A stretch of 44,905 bases of DNA from an uncultured Candidatus Saccharibacteria bacterium (GTDB lineage: Bacteria; Patescibacteriota; Minisyncoccia; Minisyncoccales; UBA1441). The stretch spans positions 1-44,905 of the forward strand of contig CAZFWR010000001.1 in NCBI GenBank assembly GCA_964522615.1, in the 5' to 3' direction. How positions within the stretch are numbered: the first letter of the stretch is position 1; each line of letters opens with the position of its first letter. Under the pieces are notes generated by a model, which searched no databases, was not told the DNA's origin, and saw only the letters and a list, made by a program, of their open reading frames with translations. Made by a program: the position numbers and the translations under genes. Below are positions 39,770-44,905 of the stretch, piece after piece.

Positions 39770-41032
39770 TTCTCTAACTTTCATTTGGGCTTTGATCTGC
39801 CGCATTGTTTCCAAAACGACGCTCACCATAATTAAGAGAGCCGTCCCCCCGATTAAGAAAGCAAAACCGGTGAGTCCGGTGGTCCCCTGGATAAGAGAAG
39901 GCATCACGGCCACCAAACCGAGAAAAATGGCGCCGACAAATAAACAACGGTAGAGAATGGATTTTAATTGTTGGGTAGTGGGCTTTCCTGGCCGAATACC
40001 TGGAATAAATCCTCCTGCTTTTTGAAGATTATCGGCTATCTTTTCCGGATCAAAAGTAACTTGAGTATAGAAAAAGGCAAAACCAACCACTAAAAGAAAA
40101 TAAGCAACGTTATAAAACCAAGGATTAGCTAAAAAAGCATTAAGACTATTGGTAATCGAGGCTCCCCAACTGCCCCAATTAGCCACTACCTGACCAGCCA
40201 TCTGGGGAAACATCAGTAGAGCTAGGGCAAAAATAATGGGCATTACTCCAGCCGGATTCAAGGGAATAGGAAGATAGGTAGAAGTCCCGCCATACATTCG
40301 GGATCCCCGCACCCTCTTGGTGTAAGAAACTGGAACATTACGGCGAGCTTCATTCACTAAAACCACCAGAGCTATCATCACTAAAGCGATAACGAAAAAG
40401 AGAAAATAGGAACCGAGATGGGAAACATCCCAGCCTACCAACATCTGATTCAGATAAACCGGGGTTCGGGCTACAATTCCAGCAAAAATCAACAAAGAAA
40501 CACCGTTGCCGATGCCCTGCTCGGTAATCAGCTCTCCCAGCCACATCAGTAAAAGGGCTCCGGCCGTAACTGTTGCTAAATAAGCAACCAGCATCGAAGT
40601 AGAAAAAGCGCTAATCACTCCCTGGTGCTGAAGCAAGCTTAACATCGCATATCCCTGTAAAACAGCCAGAGGAGCCGTCAACCACCGTCCATACTGATTG
40701 AATTTCTTCTTACCCGCTTCTCCTTCTTCTTTGTAAAGCTTTTCCAAAGCAGGAAAAATCATTGTTGCCAGTTGAAGGGCAATGACAGCGGTAATATAAG
40801 GACCCAGGCCCAGCATCACTACCGAAAACTGGGAAAGGGCTCCGCCGCTGAAGACATTCAGCAGACCGAGCATTTGACTTTGACTGAAAAATTCTTCTAG
40901 TTGAGTTGTGTCCACTCCTGGAACGGGAATATTAGCCAAAAGCCGAAAACAAGCCATAACCGCTAAAACAAAAATTATCTTTTTCCGGAGAGCTTTGTTT
41001 TTCCAAAGATTAATAAGAGTTTGCCCAAACAT
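39755..41032 (-). CDS. secY: Preprotein translocase subunit SecY
   Basis: 425 aa, 10-TM pattern. LGLGPYITAVIALQL and GIGNGVSLLIFAGI motifs. Confidence 0.95.
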   Translation of the reverse strand: MFGQTLINLWKNKALRKKIIFVLAVMACFRLLANIPVPGVDTTQLEEFFSQSQMLGLLNVFSGGALSQFSVVMLGLGPYITAVIALQLATMIFPALEKLYKEEGEAGKKKFNQYGRWLTAPLAVLQGYAMLSLLQHQGVISAFSTSMLVAYLATVTAGALLLMWLGELITEQGIGNGVSLLIFAGIVARTPVYLNQMLVGWDVSHLGSYFLFFVIALVMIALVVLVNEARRNVPVSYTKRVRGSRMYGGTSTYLPIPLNPAGVMPIIFALALLMFPQMAGQVVANWGSWGASITNSLNAFLANPWFYNVAYFLLVVGFAFFYTQVTFDPEKIADNLQKAGGFIPGIRPGKPTTQQLKSILYRCLFVGAIFLGLVAVMPSLIQGTTGLTGFAFLIGGTALLIMVSVVLETMRQIKAQMKVREYESW

Positions 41033-41035
41033 AAT

Positions 41036-41470
41036 TTATTTTTTAATCTTGCCTCCTACTTTCTCTACTTTTTCCCGAGCCGCTTGAGAAAGGCGGCAGT
41101 TCTCAAAAGTTAAGGCTTCCTTTACTTCTCCAGAAGACAAAATCTTCACTATCTTTTTCTTTCCCGAAGGGAAAGAAAGAAGCCCTTTTTCCTTTAAAGT
41201 TTGGGGGTTAACTACCTCCCCGGTAGTGAACTTCTTGACCACCTCCTTTAGTTGAAGAGCGGTCGTCTCCTTACAAGAAGAACGAAAGCCGATTCCTTTC
41301 AATTTCGGATAACGCTTAATCAAAGGACGAATTGAAGGTTCAAAATTTGCCCCCGATCGGGATTTTTGGCCTTTAATCCCCCGGCCGGAGTAAGTTCCTT
41401 TTTTACCTCCTCGACCGACACGTTTTTTAGTCGGACGAGATTGCTTGGATTTTATCTGATTTAGCTGCAT
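41036..41470 (-). CDS. rplO: 50S ribosomal protein L15
   Basis: MQLNQIKSKQSRPTKKRVGRGGKKGTYSGRGIKGQKSR. Confidence 0.9.
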   Translation of the reverse strand: MQLNQIKSKQSRPTKKRVGRGGKKGTYSGRGIKGQKSRSGANFEPSIRPLIKRYPKLKGIGFRSSCKETTALQLKEVVKKFTTGEVVNPQTLKEKGLLSFPSGKKKIVKILSSGEVKEALTFENCRLSQAAREKVEKVGGKIKK

Positions 41471-41921
41471 AGTCTTTTAATTGTTGAAAAGCATCAAGAG
41501 TTGCCCGGGCGATATTCAAGCTGTTTTTAGAACGAGAAAGGACTTTGGCCGAAAGAGATTCCACCCCGGCCAATTGGCAGAGGACTCGGACCGTTGCTCC
41601 CGCTGACAAACCCCCTCCGGCCTTAGGCCGAAAAAGAATCCGGGAAGCCCCTGCTTTGCCAGTCACGGAACAGGAAATCGTTCCCTTATTTATAGGAACA
41701 ACAAAGAGGGTCTTTTCTGCCAGCCGCTTTGCTTTGCTAATCGCTTCCCGAACACTAAGGCCTTTCGCCACTCCTAGGCCCACCCGGCCTTTTTGGTCAC
41801 CGACAACCACCACTGCCCGAAATCTTAGCCGCCTTCCCCCCGCCGCTACTCGAGTCACCCGGTTTAAGTCCAAAACGTGAGATTCCAACTCATTGACATT
41901 TTTAGTTCTTGGTTTCATCAA
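41427..41921 (-). CDS. rpsE: 30S ribosomal protein S5
   Basis: VLDLNRVTRVAAGGRRLRFRAVVVVGDQKGRVGLGVAK... The 3' end overlaps rplO by 44 nt. No rpmD (L30) in between. Confidence 0.9.
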   Translation of the reverse strand: MMKPRTKNVNELESHVLDLNRVTRVAAGGRRLRFRAVVVVGDQKGRVGLGVAKGLSVREAISKAKRLAEKTLFVVPINKGTISCSVTGKAGASRILFRPKAGGGLSAGATVRVLCQLAGVESLSAKVLSRSKNSLNIARATLDAFQQLKDYAAKSDKIQAISSD

Positions 41922-41922
41922 C

Positions 41923-42267
41923 TTAAAATTTTAAACCTTCTGCCCGAGCCGCCGTCGCTAAAGTTTTCACCCGACCGTGATAAGAATACCCGGCTCTATC
42001 AAAAACTATTTCTTTAATTCCTTGCTCTTTTGCTTTCTGGGCAATTTTCTTTCCCACCTCCGTTGCTTTTTCTGTCTTCGTCCCTTTTTTCACCGATAAA
42101 TCAGAGGCAGAGCCTAAAATCTTCTTTTCGGTATCATCAACCAGCTGGGCATAAATATGAACCGAAGAACGAAATACCACCAACCTTGGCCGCTCTTTTG
42201 TTCCTTTCATTCTGGCCGTAATCCTCCGATGTCTTCTTTTTCTCAAAGTTAAAACTCGATTAGTCAT
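41923..42267 (-). CDS. rplR: 50S ribosomal protein L18
   Basis: 114 aa from MTNRVLTLRKRRHRRITARMKGTKERPRLVVFRSSVHIYAQ. The ORF-track extension overlaps rplF and is rejected. Confidence 0.9.
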   Translation of the reverse strand: MTNRVLTLRKRRHRRITARMKGTKERPRLVVFRSSVHIYAQLVDDTEKKILGSASDLSVKKGTKTEKATEVGKKIAQKAKEQGIKEIVFDRAGYSYHGRVKTLATAARAEGLKF

Positions 42268-42277
42268 TTTTTTTTGA

Positions 42278-42823
42278 TTATTGGCTAACCATTCCAGCTT
42301 TCTTTCCTTCTTTTCTTCGGATCTCCTCTCCCAAATAGTGAATCCCCTTTCCTTTATAAGGTTCGGGAGGACGAATGGCTCTAATGCGAGCCGCCGCTTC
42401 TCCCACTTTATCCTTGCGAATACCAGCCACAACAATTTTATTCTCTTCAATCTTAAATTCAATCCCTTCTTTTGGCTGAACAACGACTGGATGGGAAAAA
42501 CCAACCTCTAAGACAAGCTTTTCTTCTTCCATCTTCGCTCGATAACCAACTCCGCTTAATTCTAAGGTTTTTTCCCAACCCTTAGTCACCCCCTGAATAT
42601 CGTTCGCTAATAAGGAACGGAATAATCCCTGGAAAGCGCTTGCTTGCTTGCTTGCTTGCTTCACCTTAACCAAGGCTTCTTGACCCTGAATTTCAATCTT
42701 TACCTCTGGCCTTATCTCCCGGCTAATGCTTCCCCGAGGGCCTTTAACCTCCATTTTCCCTGCTCCCTCTTTAATTTCTACCCCCTCCGGCAAAGGAATG
42801 GGCTTTTTCCCAATACGGCTCAT
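42278..42823 (-). CDS. rplF: 50S ribosomal protein L6
   Basis: MSRIGKKPIPLPEGVEI...LSGVGYRA. The start is taken at MSRIGKK. Confidence 0.9.
   Translation of the reverse strand: MSRIGKKPIPLPEGVEIKEGAGKMEVKGPRGSISREIRPEVKIEIQGQEALVKVKQASKQASAFQGLFRSLLANDIQGVTKGWEKTLELSGVGYRAKMEEEKLVLEVGFSHPVVVQPKEGIEFKIEENKIVVAGIRKDKVGEAAARIRAIRPPEPYKGKGIHYLGEEIRRKEGKKAGMVSQ
42638..42661. repeat. Tetranucleotide microsatellite (GCTT)6 = (AAGC)6 on the coding strand, inside rplF
   Basis: GCTT units start at 42638, 42642, 42646, 42650, 42654 and 42658. They encode KQASKQAS in L6. Confidence 0.9.
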
Positions 42824-42831
42824 GATTAAAT

Positions 42832-43215
42832 TTACCAAACTCTCATAATTACTTCTCCTCCCGAGACCTTTCTTTTCGCTTCGTCCCCTGACAACAAGCC
42901 AAGAGGGGTAGAAAGAATCAGCAGGCCCTTATCTCTTCTAATGTCCCGAGGGGAAAGATAAAGACGGCGGCCAGGTTTAGAAATTCTCTTAAAACCAGTG
43001 ATAGCTGGCTGGTCATCAAAATACTGGAGAACTAATCCTAACCTGGCTTTCGCCCCCAATCCTCTTTTCTTCACCTCCCGCAAATAATTATTGTTCTTGA
43101 GCATTTTCGCCAGGGTTAATTTCATTTTGGAAAATGGCAACCAAACCACCGGCTGCTTGACTGCCTGGGCATTCAGAATCTGATTGAGCATATCGCTTAA
43201 GGGATCGTTAACCAT
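42832..43215 (-). CDS. rpsH: 30S ribosomal protein S8
   Basis: MVNDPLSDMLNQILNA... canonical S8. Confidence 0.95.
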   Translation of the reverse strand: MVNDPLSDMLNQILNAQAVKQPVVWLPFSKMKLTLAKMLKNNNYLREVKKRGLGAKARLGLVLQYFDDQPAITGFKRISKPGRRLYLSPRDIRRDKGLLILSTPLGLLSGDEAKRKVSGGEVIMRVW

Positions 43216-43223
43216 AGTAATTT

Positions 43224-43409
43224 TTACCAGCTGCTTTTTCTCACTCCGGGAATTTTCCCTTCTTGAGCTAATTCTTTAAAACAAATTCGGCAAAGGCCGA
43301 AGTCTCGCATATACCCTCGCCTCCGGCCGCAGCGGGAACAACGGTTTACCTGCTGGGTAGGATATTTGGGCGTCTTTTGACTTTTAACAACTTTTGATTT
43401 TTTAGCCAT
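43224..43409 (-). CDS. rpsN: 30S ribosomal protein S14 type Z (zinc)
   Basis: 61 aa from [11 protein letters not shown]...[25 protein letters not shown]...W. Confidence 0.9.
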   Translation of the reverse strand: MAKKSKVVKSQKTPKYPTQQVNRCSRCGRRRGYMRDFGLCRICFKELAQEGKIPGVRKSSW

Positions 43410-43974
43410 TTTCTTTTTCTTTTTTCCAAGGAAAACCAAGCAAGGTTAACAATCTTTTGGCTTCTTCCCGGTTTTTACTCGTTGTCACCACCGTTACCGC
43501 TAGCCCGAAAGAGCGCCTTTCCTCTTCAGCCGCCATTTCCGGAAAAGCTAATTGCTCTTCAAACCCAAGGGTAAGATTTCCCTCCTGGTCTAGAGACTGA
43601 GGATTTACGCCCCGGAAATCTCTTGTCCGGGGAAGAGTTAAATAGATAATCCTTTCCAAAAAATCATTCATCCGGGAACCCCGCAGAGTCACCTGGTAGC
43701 CAACCGGTGTCCCCGCTCGCAAATGGAAGCCGGCAATAGATTTTTTCGCCTTCCTTTGAGCCGGCTTTTGGCCAGTGATTAAAGCCAAATCTCTTTCCAT
43801 TTCCTGAAGAACCTTTTCTTTCTTTTCCTTATTCGCTTCTCCCAGTAATTTGGCGTAACTAGTATTAACAACTATTTTTTCCACTCTCGGGACAGCTAAA
43901 TCGTTGTCAAAATGCAATTCCTTCTTCAGGATGGGAATAATTTCTTTTTGATATTTCTCGTTTAATCTTAACAT
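43402..43974 (-). CDS. rplE: 50S ribosomal protein L5
   Basis: [20 protein letters not shown]...[10 protein letters not shown]... Confidence 0.95.
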   Translation of the reverse strand: MLRLNEKYQKEIIPILKKELHFDNDLAVPRVEKIVVNTSYAKLLGEANKEKKEKVLQEMERDLALITGQKPAQRKAKKSIAGFHLRAGTPVGYQVTLRGSRMNDFLERIIYLTLPRTRDFRGVNPQSLDQEGNLTLGFEEQLAFPEMAAEEERRSFGLAVTVVTTSKNREEAKRLLTLLGFPWKKEKENG

Positions 43975-43989
43975 ACCTTTGAATAATTC

Positions 43990-44301
43990 CTAATCAATCA
44001 CTTGCTGACATTTTTGGCAAACTCTTACCATTTTCTCCCCCTTCTCTCCCCGGCTAATGCGGGTTGGCTGGTGGCAATGGGGACAAATAAGCTGAACATT
44101 AGAAACATCAATCTTTCGAGAGACGACTACTATTTGTCCCTTTTCCCCTTCCCGGCGGGGACGAACGGCTTTTTTCGCCAAACCTACCCCTTCAACTTTT
44201 ATTTTCTTCAGCCCGGGAAAACTTTCTTTGACCTTTCCTTTTTTCCCTTTGTCTTTACCGGTAATCACCAGGACTAAATCATTTTTCTTAATCTTCATCA
44301 T
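43990..44301 (-). CDS. rplX: 50S ribosomal protein L24 with Cys4 zinc-ribbon-like C-terminus
   Basis: KOW motif MKIKKNDLVLVITGKDKGKKGKV. C-terminal CPHC...CQKC. The start is taken at MMKIKK. Confidence 0.85.
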   Translation of the reverse strand: MMKIKKNDLVLVITGKDKGKKGKVKESFPGLKKIKVEGVGLAKKAVRPRREGEKGQIVVVSRKIDVSNVQLICPHCHQPTRISRGEKGEKMVRVCQKCQQVID

Positions 44302-44308
44302 CGTAGTT

Positions 44309-44677
44309 TTAGAGAACCTCTTCGGCCAAGGCAATAATTTCATGGTAGCCCTTGGCCTTTAATTCTCGGGGAATCGGACCAATTACCCGTCCCCCTTTTA
44401 ATGTTTTTTCCTTTTCCAATATCACTACTGCGTTTTCGTCAAAAGAAATATAGGAACCATCTTGGCGGCGGTAGGGTTTCTTCTGACGGACAACAACTGC
44501 CCGAACTACCTCATGTTTCTTAACCGCTTTCCGTGGCTCTGCTTCTTTGACCACAACAACAATTACATCTCCCAACTGGGCATAGCGCCGGCGGCTTCCG
44601 CCCAGCACTTTAATACATTGAACCTTTTTTGCTCCGGAATTATCAGCGACTTTTAATCTCGTCTGAGCTTGAATCAT
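44309..44677 (-). CDS. rplN: 50S ribosomal protein L14
   Basis: 122 aa from [27 protein letters not shown]. Confidence 0.95.
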   Translation of the reverse strand: MIQAQTRLKVADNSGAKKVQCIKVLGGSRRRYAQLGDVIVVVVKEAEPRKAVKKHEVVRAVVVRQKKPYRRQDGSYISFDENAVVILEKEKTLKGGRVIGPIPRELKAKGYHEIIALAEEVL

Positions 44678-44905
44678 GAATCTTTTTAATAATTCTCCAT
44701 TTTTTATGCTTACTTTGAGGACGGCATTCTTCAATCACCACTTCCTGGCCTTCTTGATATTCATTAGCTGGATCGTGCGCCTGGAACTTTTGGGAGACTT
44801 TTATTCTCTTCAGATAACGGGGGTGAAGTTTTAATTTCTCCACCTGAACGACCGCTGTTTTATCAGTTTTGTGGGAAACAATTTTTCCTTCTAATTGATG
44901 TTTAG
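44643..44905 (-). CDS. rpsQ: 30S ribosomal protein S17 (5' end runs off the window)
   Basis: The frame stays open to the window edge: ...[44 protein letters not shown]. The GTG start in the ORF track is internal. Confidence 0.85.
   Translation of the reverse strand, partial: KHQLEGKIVSHKTDKTAVVQVEKLKLHPRYLKRIKVSQKFQAHDPANEYQEGQEVVIEECRPQSKHKKWRIIKKIHDSSSDEIKSR

Noticed and set aside
30477-44734. N-terminal extensions given by the ORF track for rpoA, rpsK, adk, the coiled-coil protein, rplR, rplF, rpsN, rplX and rplN.
   Set aside because: The extended parts overlap the preceding gene, are unlike the known N-termini, and an internal Met reproduces the canonical family start a few nt after the upstream stop.

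Overview
Gene-dense housekeeping segment with about 60 protein genes and 1 tRNA. It reads like a streamlined Candidate Phyla Radiation / Patescibacteria-type bacterium. That assignment is an inference from four observations: S5-L15 adjacency with no L30; domain-minimised RF1, AlaRS and ThrRS; almost no Shine-Dalgarno (SD) motifs in front of core genes; and K/E-rich extensions on ribosomal proteins. Gene order, left to right: secA (5' part)-hpf; murB plus a secreted PG-binding metallopeptidase; small membrane proteins; rpsP-rnc-nusB-rpmF-rnhB (minus strand); a plus-strand operon of pentapeptide-repeat protein-dnaE-thrS-miaB-miaA; gatB; tRNA-Thr; tsf-rpsB; rpmE-prfA; mreB-rseP-frr-holB-mreB2-murA; a Cas4-like nuclease; then a long minus-strand ribosomal superoperon (S17...L15-secY-adk-map ... 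infA-L36-S13-S11-S4-rpoA-L17-L13-S9), interrupted between map and infA by five non-ribosomal genes. No CRISPR array, transposase, integrase, reverse transcriptase or rRNA was seen. Four things stand out. (1) A dispersed family of 32-bp tandem repeats, each a 7-codon ATG...TAA-TAG mini-cistron, sits exactly at two gene junctions of the ribosomal operon; there are also several other near-perfect short tandem duplications at gene boundaries and inside genes. (2) Three self-contained small-gene cassettes carry near-consensus promoters, strong GGAGG ribosome-binding sites and GC-rich hairpins, embedded among SD-less core genes; one is a pair of paralogous membrane peptides divergent from an orphan Cas4-like nuclease. 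(3) A pentapeptide-repeat (DNA-mimic fold) protein is translationally coupled to dnaE. (4) The RF1 lacks domain 1. All functional calls come from motif recognition by eye; no database search or computation was run.
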